Below are positions 50,021 to 61,379 of a stretch of 64,000 nucleotides of DNA, in pieces. The stretch lies in NCBI GenBank assembly GCA_013265495.1, contig MU058531.1:1610911-1674910 (forward strand), read 5' to 3'. The DNA is from Vicugna vicugna. Taxonomy: Eukaryota. Every line of letters begins with the position of its first letter. Position 1 is the first letter of the stretch. The notes beneath the pieces are model-generated. The model worked only from the letters and a program-made list of their open reading frames with translations, had not been told where the DNA came from and searched no databases. The position numbers were made by a program, and so were the translations under genes.

Positions 50021-50557
50021 GAATTTTGCTATGAAGAAGCCACTTCTCTGCTCATGGCAGATTGCCCAGTGCCTCAGTCTCTCCAGATGTTCAAATTTCT
50101 TGCCCTTAAACTCTAATCTCTCCATGAATATGTCCCCCACACCAGCCCCAGACCCACTTGTCCTTCCTACTCTTAATCTCTGTTTGCACCTTGACCCATG
50201 TCACTCACATTTCATCATCTTTGTCCATGGAGGTTGATCTAGACTCTGACCAGCTTTGAACTCGGTGTGCCTCTTCAAAGGATCTGGACTTCGGGCCCAT
50301 ATCCAGACTTGTGACCTTTGCCCAATCCCATGGATCTGTCTGCACTTGCCAATTCCAGCTGTTCTTTCCCAAAATCAATGGAACCATAAATAGAGGTTTA
50401 AGTGTGCAAAGTCATAGTGGTAACTAATGTTACCATAACTAAAAAATCATATACATTTATCAAATATTGTGAGAAGCAAGGAGGAAATGTGGGACAGTAC
50501 AAGCTAAATCCTCATCTAATGCAGAAAGTTAATATGTAATATTTAAAGTTGATAAAT

Positions 50558-50676
50558 CAGGGGTTGTAGGGTAGAGCTCAGCCATAGAGCACGTGCTTGG
50601 CATGCACAAGGTCCCAAGTTCGATCCCCTGAGCCTCTATTAAGGGGAAAATAAATAAATCTACACTTTAAAAAATT
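50558..50676 (+). mobile_element. Diverged Vic-1-type SINE inserted in an old L1MC/ME 3' end (about 50400-50880)
   Basis: Head gtagagctcagccatagagcacgtgcttggcatgcacaagg; TSD AAGTTGATAAAT at 50546-50557 and 50677-50688. Confidence 0.88.
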
Positions 50677-50889
50677 AAGTTGATAAATTGAGGCAGAGTT
50701 ACATGAGCATATAAATTATAGACCTGGAAGTAACCAACAGAATTTAAAGCAGGAACAATTAAAAAGAAATAAGACGGTTGACTTTGGGCAGTGGGGCTGC
50801 AGAGGAAGGTGTAAAACAAGGGTTCCTTGCTTTTCATTATAAATGCTTCTGAATGCTTAGATTTTTTTTTAAACCATCATAGATTCTTG

Positions 50890-51210
50890 TACTCAGATTT
50901 TGCCCTTGCTGTTCCCTCTACCTGGAATACTCTTCCCTCAGATATCCATGTGGTTAGCTCCCTCATTTTCTTCGGGCTTTCCCTGAGCACCCTACCTTAA
51001 ATAGTGATGTCCATCTCTTCATTCTGTGCTTTATTGCTCTCCATTGCTACTTATCACCATTGAACAGTCTATATAATTTTCTTATTCATTTTGTTTTTTT
51101 CTGTCTGCCCCAATTACAATATAATCTTCATAAGAGCAGCGGTTTTGTTTTGTCCACTGGTAAATGCCAGCAGCTAGAACAGTGGCTGGTACTGTTGATT
51201 GAATATATGA
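50890..51210. mobile_element. L2 3' end
   Basis: ttgctgttccctctacctggaatactcttcc...ctagaacagtggctggtac...ttgaatatatgaa. Confidence 0.7.
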
Positions 51211-51944
51211 ACAAGTTGTGTGTGTGTGTGTGTGACTATGTGAAAAAAATTTTAATGAACATTAAGTGTTCTAGAAAAATCCTCACTCTTTTTTGCTTGT
51301 TTGTTTCTACCTTGTTTCACATTGAGATAATTCTTGGAGGATTAACTCTGCCTGAAGTTTTCCAAGTGGGTTACTCTTCTGTACACTTATCGTTCAGAGG
51401 TTTCTCTGAGTGTAGCCTAATGAAGCATCAGGGTGGTCCAAGAGCAGGGAACTGATGTCACTGGGGAAAAGGAAAGCAGATTCACTTGCAGGACACTTCC
51501 TCTCCCACAAGGATACAGATTCCCCAGGGTGCTACCCAAGAAAAGAACCTTTAAGATGAGGGCACATTCCACTGAGAAATGACATAGCCAAAAGAATGTA
51601 ATGTCTTAATGAGCAGTGTTTTGTGTTCTTAAAATGAAATTTTTCGGTTATTTAAATTGAAAAAGCAAAAGAATTAAAGGTTAGACAGCCTTATCAACAT
51701 ACAAGTCTTTTAGAGTCTAAAAACTACACCTTTGGAAGACCTTAAATTCATTGGAGTCAATGTGCTCTTACCCAGTTGCTTCTGAAAAGGTAAGTAGTTC
51801 CTCACAAAGGAATCCACAGATATTAATAGCATCAAAAACACCAACTCTCTGTAGTCCCTCCAAGAACTTCACCTGCGACTTTGCTGGTGAGCCCTCCCAC
51901 TAATGCGACTGAATCCTGACACAGTCGACTAGATAAGACCCAGA

Positions 51945-52190
51945 ATGCAAAGTTAGACACCCCAAGCTGGGTTCAAGACCCAGCTCACCACTTGCTATGG
52001 TGCAACTTCGGAAAGAACTCCCTGCTCTGAGGACTGGCCCCAATTTCCTCAGCTCCAGGGCAGGAGTAATGTAACCTACTTCACAGGGTTATAAGAATAG
52101 ATAAAATAAGGTAGAATGCTTGCCACGGTCCTATAGCATAGTACGTATTCAATAAGAAATGGGTATTTTATGATCGTTATCATCTGGGGG
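51945..52190 (+). mobile_element. MIR SINE
   Basis: gggttcaagacccagctcaccacttgct...gtaacctacttcacagggttataag. Confidence 0.7.
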
Positions 52191-52741
52191 TAGCCGTGAT
52201 ATTTTGTGAAGTTGGGGAATGTCTCTCAAAAACAGATAAATATTAGATTCTAAATTTTATTTCATACCCATCATCTCACCAATACATTCCTCGAAAATTG
52301 CTAGTCCTTAGAACCCTATGAATACACACGCTTTAATTATATGTCTCTTCCAGAATAGAAGACATATCATTACCTTTGGTTCAAAACAAACAATTTTGCC
52401 CAATATTAGTAGACTTGTGCTTTGTTGGAAAAACAAGTGTTATGGCCCCATATGCTCTGCTGCTAGTTTGCATGCTGTGCCCCCGAAAATGTTATAATTC
52501 AGAATGATTAACAGATCTCCATCTATTGACTAGCATTTTCTGGGTAGTGGTTAGATTTTAAGATGAACAACATCTATGTTTGGATTTCATCAGGCAGGCC
52601 AAACATTAGGAGCTTGACTTGACCAGAAATCGCTAAGAGGAAAAGGCGACTACCTCTTGCTTTCTCTTTCCAGGGGAAATGTGAACAGTTTAGTTTACTA
52701 GCCACGTCACTGACTAGACAAAGGCCCAGGTGCCCTAGAAA

Positions 52742-52899
52742 TGGAGTTGCCAGATAAAATAAGAATCCCCAGATAAATCTGATTTTCAGATAAACGATTA
52801 ATAATTTTTAGTATAAATTGTCCCGAATAGTACATCATTATCTGAAACTCATATTTAACAAACATCCTCTGTTTTTGTTTGCCAAATGTGGCAACCGTA
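52742..52899. mobile_element. MER53 palindromic hAT MITE
   Basis: Inverted termini tggagttgccaga / tggcaaccgta; internal ttttcagataaac versus attatctgaaa. Confidence 0.8.
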
Positions 52900-52949
52900 C
52901 CCAGAGTATAGTGATAACCACTAGCCTCCTCGCTCTCCGTCCATCATGG

Positions 52950-53077
52950 TGTTATCTTGCCTACTAAATTCTGAGTGTCTTGAAGTGGGCCCTGTCTGTT
53001 TTGGTCCTTGCGTCTAGCACAGCATAACTGTTTAATAACTGTGTCATGAATGAATGAATGAATGAATGAGTGAATGA
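52950..53077. mobile_element. L2 3' terminus with (GAAT)n tail
   Basis: tctagcacagcata...atgaatgaatgaatgaatgaatgagtgaatgaa. Confidence 0.7.
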
Positions 53078-53344
53078 AGCATTTAAACTTTGAGGACTGA
53101 GTGAGGGTCCTACTGTCATACAGCAACACCCATGCTACTGCCCTGAGCCCAGCAGCAGCCCGATCCCAGCTTCCAATCATGTAACTTGTCCTGACTCCCA
53201 GCATCCCTGTAGATGGGACAAAGAAAGGCAGGTGATCCAAACTGTGCAACCCATACACTTCAAGAGGGTTAATAAACAGCACTGATACTGGTCCACCACG
53301 CTAGAGTCTCAGCAGGGAATAGAAGGGTCCAGGGAGGCCTGGAG

Positions 53345-53570
53345 AGAGGGACAGTTCCGGTTCATTGCTGCCAACAAGAAGTACCCATTCCCAGCACGGC
53401 CAGATGATCCAGCTTTTCAAATGAAGCCAGAAATCCGTGCATTTATGTGAAATTTCTCAGTTTTTAATTACAGACAGCTAATTTTAAAAGTGTTTCATTA
53501 ATACTCTGTGGCCAAATAAAACACACTTGCAAGCTAGATTTGGCCCCTAGCCCTTGGTTCACATCTCTGG
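53345..53570 (+). mobile_element. MER103C-like hAT MITE
   Basis: gccagatgatccagcttttcaaatgaagccagaaatccgtgcatttatgtgaaatttctcag...gtggccaaataaaacacacttgc. Confidence 0.65.
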
Positions 53571-53855
53571 ACTTTGTAACTCCAATTTTCTGTCTCCTCA
53601 GAGTTACTGATCAGTCTGTAAACTATTATGATTGAAGTTACTGCTGTACTAAATAAGTAATTTGAAGTCATTGTGCCACTTTTGTGGCAATTTAGTTCGA
53701 CTGGTTTTAAAATAGTGTTGAAGAGATCAAGGACAAAGGAGCAACCACCCTATTTTTATAAAAGCAAATTTCACTCTCATCTCTATGGCAGGAGTAATGA
53801 GACCAGTCCTCCCCACCTGCTCATGACACTGGTTACATCAAGCCAAGAAAGGGAA

Positions 53856-53900
53856 AAATATATATATATATATATAGGTATATATATATATGTATATGTA
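53856..53900. repeat. Interrupted (TA)n microsatellite
   Basis: aatatatatatatatataggtatatatatatatgtatatgtat. Confidence 0.9.
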
Positions 53901-54368
53901 TATGGCTGGTGCAACATAAATCCACCCCAATTCCTGGAAAGCCAAGTCAGAGTATGATCTTGGTCATCATGAAGTCATCTATGTTGTAACCAAAAGATCA
54001 TAAAGTTTTTAAATATTTAAACTACTCCAATGAACCATTTTCAGATCTAAAATTTTTTTTCATATTGTCCTATGCTCTCATTGTGGTTTTTATTACCTAT
54101 TTTAGAATTTTAAGCAGACTTTTTATAGCGCCTTTTAGCTTGCTGATCTCAGACATTATACCAATTCTCCTATTTGGACTGTTGCCTCTCCCTCATGGAG
54201 TATTTTTCCCTTGTGGGTTTGTGTTTTTTACTGTGAGCACGTTTTCAGCAGGGAGTTTTGGGGGGATGGGCAATGCCTATGGAAACCCCATGTCTCCTGT
54301 TACAGAAGAGTTGCTACACAGAAATTCGGTATTTGCTTCTACAAAGTTTACTGAGTTGTTACCTTTTT

Positions 54369-54486
54369 TTTTGGAGGTGGGTAATTAGGTATTTATTTAT
54401 TTATTTGTACAGAAGTACTGGGGATTGAACCCAGAACCTCATGCACACTAACCACACACTCTACTACTGAGCTATTTTCCCTTTCA
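54369..54486 (-). mobile_element. Vic-1-type SINE with 10-bp TSD
   Basis: Antisense head gtactggggattgaacccag; tail ggtaattaggtatttatttatt; TSD TTACCTTTTT at 54359-54368 and 54487-54496. Confidence 0.93.
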
Positions 54487-55291
54487 TTACCTTTTTAATG
54501 TTCTCTCTTGGATTGGAGAATCGAGGACTCCTTGGGTAAATATAAATCTGAATTCCACCTACAGAAGTCATAAGCCTGGGTGTCTGATTTCTCAAAGGCA
54601 AAGAAATGTTTCGGATCACTTTCTTAGGTGAGCAGACAAACTATTTCTAGTCTCATTTCACTAAAGGTGCAGCTCTTGAAATGTTCTGTCTTCAAGGAGA
54701 GCTCTCAGATCTAGTGTTCTCTCTTGCAAAAGTCCAAGGCCACACCTCTATCCTCAAATGAACAAAAATATTAAATCTTCAATTACTAGTCCTTCTGGTC
54801 TATTTCCAGACCAGTATCCGTCTGAGCCATTTGTGGCATCAGACCGTAAATTTGCACATCTGGCTTCAATTCCCTCATTGGTTTTGGCTCCCAGGGAATT
54901 CTCTTTATTGTGAGCTTGGATATTGCGTTTAAAAATTTTGTTACAATATTTTTGTCCTGCATTTATACGTGCTTGGAGTGAGGAAAGGAGATAAAATAAG
55001 CTATCTCAGTATGCCATATTACCAAAACCTAGAAAATAGATATTTTTATCCAGTTTCCTATGGTTAAAGTGTACATTATCTTGGTAAAATTCTTATCAGA
55101 AAATGATGTTTCCACCTCCCAAGTCACTTTGGTTCATTTCCTAAGTTGAAATTCCTTTGTTAAAAGTAAGTAGTGAATTCAGAATTGGCCACATGTTGTA
55201 TATAAAATTTTATAAACTACTTTTTTGTATGTGGCTTTTATCTTGAAATATTAGATAAATACCATTTCCTGTATCATTAAAAACCCATCCT

Positions 55292-55455
55292 GGGGGGAGG
55301 GTATAGTTCAAGTGGTAGAGCACATGCTTAGCATGCACAAGGTCCTGGGTTCAATTCCCAGTACCTCCTCTAAAAATAAACAAATAAGCCTAATTACCTA
55401 CCCCTTCAACAACAACAACAACAACAACAAATTAAAAATAAACAAATTTAAAAAA
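55292..55455 (+). mobile_element. Vic-1-type SINE with (CAA)n-expanded tail
   Basis: Near-consensus tRNA-Ala head; (CAA)n at about 55406-55430; degenerate TSD aaaaacccatcc / aaaaattcatcc; sits in an old antisense L1ME fragment. Confidence 0.95.
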
Positions 55456-56679
55456 AATTCATCCCAAAAAACTGATTTTGGGGACCTGCATATTATTTCA
55501 CTCAGTATCATAATTTATTTAACAATTACCCTGTACTGAGCATGGATATATTTTCCAGTGTTTTGTACAAAGAATACTATGATTATCATCATATTTAAAT
55601 ATTTGACCACATTTTTAAAATTATTTCCTTACGATACACTCATAGAAATGTCTTTACTGGGGAGGTGCATTAACTCATTCAAGCCAGTGTACTACATGGG
55701 AAATGATTGTTTAAATTGTGTCACTGCCAAGGAACTAACTGGCTAACGTGCTAGCAGGAAGACAATGATTAGCAACTACCCTCCAGTAAACCACAATTTC
55801 ATAAGATTATTGTTTGTTTTACTAAAAGCTGTCTCTTGACTGCAAGCCATTAGGAATCACTGATAATGAAAACCCTACAAGGGTTTCGCAAGTGTGTTTG
55901 AATTTCACAAGCTTTGCATATCCCACCAGAAAGCCATTCGGTTTGCTGCTTTCATACAGTCTCCCAACTTGCTTTTCAAAGACTGCCTTCATTTCCTTCT
56001 CCACATTTCCAAATGTCATCAGTCTATAAAGATCCAAATCAAATGTCATGTCCAAGGCATAGAAAAGACTCAATAAATAATGCTTGTAGACTTTAATGTC
56101 CAAATGGTAACTATCCTAACTACACACGATTTCATTAACAATTAACCAATATATAGTTCTACTATTAAAGAGTGAAAAATAGTTTTCACTCAACTATTTT
56201 GAGGAAGTTTTTCTCTCAAAATATAAATATTGCCTTGATAAAAACTACCTAGTAATATATTTGGAGACATCAAAACCTAAATAAATCTGTATGATTCAAG
56301 TAAAAAAGAAGTAAAATTTAAAAATTCAGTTAATCTGACTTTTTTTGGTTAATCTGACTTTTGTATCTAACGTTGTAACTAATTTTATCTACAGGATGGC
56401 TGAGAACAAGACTAATTATAATGCCAAATTGTAGAGTTAAGTGATTTTTTTTCCTTTTTGAACTACCTATTTCTTTTGGAAATTTTAGTAATAATTCTCA
56501 ACTATTTGAGAAATGAATCTGACCATCAAATGACTATTTTGTATTTTTTCCTGTTAACAATTAGTTTATGAGGAATGGATGGACGTACGTATGGACAGAC
56601 AGACAGATAGACAGAGAGACAGAGAGAGAGATAATGTGATAGCAAATACAGCAACATGTTAACAATTGTATTGTTTAAA

Positions 56680-56890
56680 TCAGAGGTTGGTAAACTTTTT
56701 CTGTCGAGTCAGGTAAATATTTAGGATTTGCAATCTCCATTCCAACTACTCACCTAGGCTGTTGTAATGCAAAAGCAGCCAGAAACAACATGTGAACTAA
56801 AGGGCCATAGCTGTGTTCTGATAAAACTTTATTTACAAAAACAGGCAAGCAACTGGACTTGGCCCATGAGCTGTAGTTTGCCAAGCCCTG
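56680..56890 (+). mobile_element. MER58A hAT MITE inserted in an L1ME 3' end (about 56630-56980)
   Basis: cagaggttggtaaactttttctgt...aaaactttatttacaaaaacagg...ggcccatgagctgtagtttgccaagccctg. Confidence 0.85.
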
Positions 56891-58099
56891 ATCAAAATGG
56901 TGAGTGTATGGATATTCATTATATAATTCTTTCAACTTTTCTGTATGTTTTAAAGCTTTTTAAATAAAATGTTGGGGGAAAATATGTCTATGAATTATCC
57001 AAAGGTTTTAACTGCTATGTAAATGTTTAACTATTCAAAGCTTATATATTGTCCCCAAGTTTTTGTTTTTATATATACTCTTTGATATAGCCTTCAGAGG
57101 GAAAAGTTTAAAATCAAATTTTCTGAAACAGTTTGAGCATTAAAATCATCCTGAACAGGAATGATTGATCCAAAATGATTAGTTTTTGGTAACAATAAGA
57201 GAAATTTCCTCCCTGCTTGCCCCCATCCCCGGAAAGTCACTGCTACACAGTGACACCTTCCACTTAACTGTGACCTTTCCTTTCCTGTCAGGGAAGAGGA
57301 GGTGGATATTTTTGTGGCACTATTATTTTACATACAGTGCACGTGCCCTTTTCTAGCCTTTTTTAAATGTTCCATTATTTAAAGCTGACAGTATCTAAAG
57401 CTGACAGCCTGTCTTTTCACATTATTTGCCTTTGAATATTTCCGTCTATGTGGTACTTCATATAATTTGACATATTTTCATTTTCTTCACAATGTGGATT
57501 TTTTATAACTACTTTTCCTGGCAGTTGTGACCCTGGTTACTTTAAAACATTAAAAGGAATCTAAATTTGAGGCGTTTATAACATTAGCTCTGCTAGACAG
57601 AGAAAGATGTCAATCAGGCCATGAGACACCCTTTAGGATCTGTGTAGCCTTCTTGAATTGAAGCAGAAAAAAATTCTGTTTTATAGTCACTGGCTTAATT
57701 CATAATCCAAACCAGACATTAGGAAACAATCATAATGTCTTCGTCCCTGACAGAATTTTTCTTCAGGCCTATAAAGATCTTCTGGCCTTAGGGACAACCA
57801 TTCTCCATTGAAGACAAAAACTGGGAGCAGGGAGGAAAACAGCCTGTAGTGTAGGATCATTTCAGCCACTGCAACCGCAGGTGCATCTCTGTGACTCCCA
57901 GCCCTACTGGATGTTGAACCCCGCCTGGCAGTCAAAAACCCAGGATCCCTCCCAGCCTGTCCACTACTTGGCTCTCTTATGGAGACCCCCGGTGTAAGAC
58001 CCGGTGGATGTCCTCAGAGGACCTGGCCCTGCTCTGTGTGCAGTCACCTGCACTAAGCACCCACAGTCACCCACCTTGTTCTGGAAAGTCACTATTTTA

Positions 58100-58781
58100 T
58101 TGATTTTATTTTTTATTGAAGTATAGTTGATTCACAATGTTGTGTTAATTTCTGGTGTACAGCATAGTGATTCAGTTTATATATATATATATAATATATA
58201 TATTCTTTTACATTCTTTTTCATTATAGGTTATTACAAGATATTGAACATAGTTCCCTGTGCTATACAGTAGGACCTTCTTGTTTATCTACTTTATATAT
58301 AGTAGTTTGTATCTGTTAATCCCAAACTCCTAATTTACCCCTCCCCACCCCCTTCCCCCCACTTAGTAACTATAAATTTGTTTTCTATGTCTGTGAGTCT
58401 CTTTCTGTTTGTAAATAAGATCATTTGTATCATTTTTTTAGTTTCCACATATAAGCAATACCATATGATATTTTTCTTTCTCTTCCTGGCTTATGTCNNN
58501 NNNNNNNNNNNNNNNNNNNNNNNNNNNNNNNNNNNNNNNNNNNNNNNNNNNNNNNNNNNNNNNNNNNNNNNNNNNNNNNNNNNNNNNNNNNNNNNNNNNN
58601 NNNNNNNNNNNNNNNNNNNNNNNNNNNNNNNNNNNNNNNNNNNNNNNNNNNNNTATGGTAAATAGTGATACTGTGAACATTGAGGTGCATGTGTCTTTTT
58701 AAATTAGAGTTCTCATCAGATATATGCCCAGGAGTGGGATTTCTGGATCATATGGTAACACTATTTTTAGTTTTTTAAGAA
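58100..58781 (-). mobile_element. LINE-1 3' end containing an N-run
   Basis: Antisense L1 3' UTR; TSD tggaaagtcactatttta (58082-58099) / tggagagtcattatttta (58782-58799). Confidence 0.92.
58498..58653. other. N-run (156 nt) inside L1
   Basis: Direct count. Confidence 0.99.
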
Positions 58782-59050
58782 TGGAGAGTCATTATTTTAA
58801 ATGAAGAAACTGATGCTGAGAGAAGTTAAATTACTACACTGTCTTCCCTCCTGCAGGGGTGAATCCCCGGTTCTAAACTCTTCTGTTTCTGCCCCATCAC
58901 CACCATTCTCTGGCAAAACAGCTATCTTGCAGATGTGTACTATTTGAAATAGTGCAAAGAGCATGAACTCTGAAGTGAAGTAGACCAGAGTTCAAATCTC
59001 ATAACTGCCACTTACTAGTTATGGATTTTGGTCAAGTCACTTAACCCTGC

Positions 59051-59735
59051 TGTGGTGGGCTGATAACGACTCCTAAGATAAGTTCTCATCCTAATACCTG
59101 GAACCTGTGAATGTCCCCTTATATGGGAAAGTCTTCACAGGTGTGGTTAATTAAGGATCTTGACATGAGAAGATTATCCTGATGATGCAAGTGGCCCCAG
59201 ATGCCATCACAAGTGTCCTTAGAGAGGCAGAGGGAGAGTAGATGCCACACACACAGACAAGCGAGCAATGTGAAGATGGAGGTGAAGACTGGAGTGATGC
59301 GGCCATGAGCCACAGAGTACAACAGCAGTTAGAAGCTGGAAGAGGCATGGAACAGAGGCTCCCCTGGAGTGTCCAAAAAGAACCAGCCCTGCTGACATTT
59401 TTTTTAATATATTTTTATTGAAGTATAGTCAGTTTACAATGTTGTGTCGATTTCTGGTGTACAGCACAATACTTCAGTCATACAGGAACATACATATATT
59501 CATTTTCATTTTATTTTTCACAGTACATTATTACAAGATATTGAAGATAGTTCTCTGTGCTATACAGTACGAACTTGTTGTTTATCTATTTTATATATAT
59601 TAGTTAGTATCTGCAAATCTTGAACATCTTGGTTGCAGGCTTCTAGCCTCCAGAACTAAGAGAAATTCAATCCCTGTTGTTTTAAGCAACCAACTTTGTG
59701 GTAATTTGTTACAGCAGCCGCAAGAAACTAAGACA
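59051..59735 (+). mobile_element. MaLR solo LTR, MLT1D-like
   Basis: TG...CA termini; cctaatacctggaacctgtgaatgt...; near-TSD cctgc / cctcc. Confidence 0.88.
59398..59622 (-). mobile_element. Camelid-type L1 3' end inserted in MLT1D
   Basis: tttttattgaagtatagtcagtttacaatgttgtgtcgatttctggtgtacagc interrupts the LTR at cagccctgctgacat. Confidence 0.9.
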
Positions 59736-61379
59736 CCTCCTAAGCCTCAGTTTCTTCATCTGTTAAACAGAAATAACACATGCCTTGCCAGCCTGTTTTG
59801 ATAGCAAAAATTAACAAATGCAAAATACTGCCTTGATCTCTGACATATAGTAGGCATATAGTACATACAGCTATTGTTTCTATTATAATTTTCTTCACTA
59901 TTTTTTAATATGAATAAAAGAGTACAGGCAGCTTATCCTAAACCCATCACTGCTGTTTTTAAAAATCAGTCAAACCACATACTCAGTAGATCATCTTTGT
60001 GTAGAAAGAACTGCATATTTATTTATAGTTTTTATCAAAATACTGCCTTTCATCAAAAATCTGTCTCCTATCCTGTTGCTATATTATTATGAAGTGCGGG
60101 ATCTATTCATGCCAATAATTAAATAAGCAATGCTGCATTTTTCCAAGTATTTAATTGTACATTTTACCATAAATTACATGTTTGAAGGGAAAATAAATAG
60201 TTCCAGCTGTTTAGAGGACAGCAAATCTAAATTCAAACCACTGAATTCTGGAAGAACCACAGATCTTTTAAGTATGCTATAATTTTTTTTAAACCAGTGT
60301 CGACTCTTGCTTATTCAAAACGTTAACATTCACTGAGATGTAACTAGGGGAAAGTGGGAGTTTTACGTTAGGAAAGATTGTCTCCCCAGACAGAAATGTA
60401 GTATGTAGGGAAGTCATCATTCATTTAACTAATGGTTAAGGAACTGTGCTAGGCATTGGAGGATGCGAAGGAGCCTCTACTTTGGAAGGACCCACAAGAC
60501 AGTGAAGGACATAGAAATATAAGCAGACAGATTAAAAATCAGAATAATAGTGAAGCTACACACCAGACACTGTATAACTCTTTACATGTGTTATCTCATT
60601 TAATTCTCATGACAATCCTATAAAATGAGGTTTTGGCAACTTTAACTCCCGAAGGTCACATAGCTCATTTTAAAAGTGTCTAATTCCTGAGACCTTGATC
60701 TTAACCACTACTGCAGCGGCGTAAACTGTATACTATAAGAACACAGAAAAGAAGAAACTTACTATGCCTGAGGGTCGTAAGGAGGCTTCACCCAGAAGTA
60801 CATTTAAGCTGGATCAAAAATGAATGATGAGTTAGGAGGACTTTACTTTCTAAGGTAGAGAAAAGGTGAAAAGTCACTCCAGAAGGAGAGAAAAGCCTGT
60901 GCCAAAGGGAAGCATTAAGAGAGGGCTATTTTTTCAGGGTGGCTGGCCAGTGAGGTTTGGTGGCCAGGAGTAGCATACTGTACACAAAGAAGGGCATAAA
61001 TGATTAAAGGCTTTGGGGAGAGCCAGGATCAGATTTGCATTTTAGAAAGAAGCCTGAGGATCCAGGTGGAGGATGGAGTACACAAAAGAAGTCAAGCCTG
61101 GAGGCAGGGACTTCCAGTTCAAGATGGAAATCAAAGTGCCACTCACCAATTCCCATTGGAATAATCAAGCAAGTACAAAAGAAAACACTTCATATTACTG
61201 TTGGAAGTCAGGGAAGGATGCCATCCACATATCAGAAGGCACTGTGGCAGAAGAGATGCTTGATCTCACTGGTTGGTCAAGCTCATCTAAAAATGTCTGA
61301 AACATATTTGAAGCTTAGCTGAGACACACACATACACACACACACAAAAATTTGGACAAGACTGAATTCAATAGAAAAT

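Larger units (their letters stand above)
58945..59870 (+). mobile_element. MIR split by the MLT1D LTR
   Basis: ggtcaagtcacttaaccctgc | LTR | cctcctaagcctcagtttcttcatctgttaaa reassembles the MIR core. Confidence 0.75.

Noticed and set aside
55822-56103. 93-aa minus-strand ORF with a protein-like composition (…FGNVEKEMKAVFEKQVGRLYESS…)
   Set aside because: I recognise no family, there is no clear ATG start and no retrocopy hallmarks. A tblastn/HMM search would settle it.
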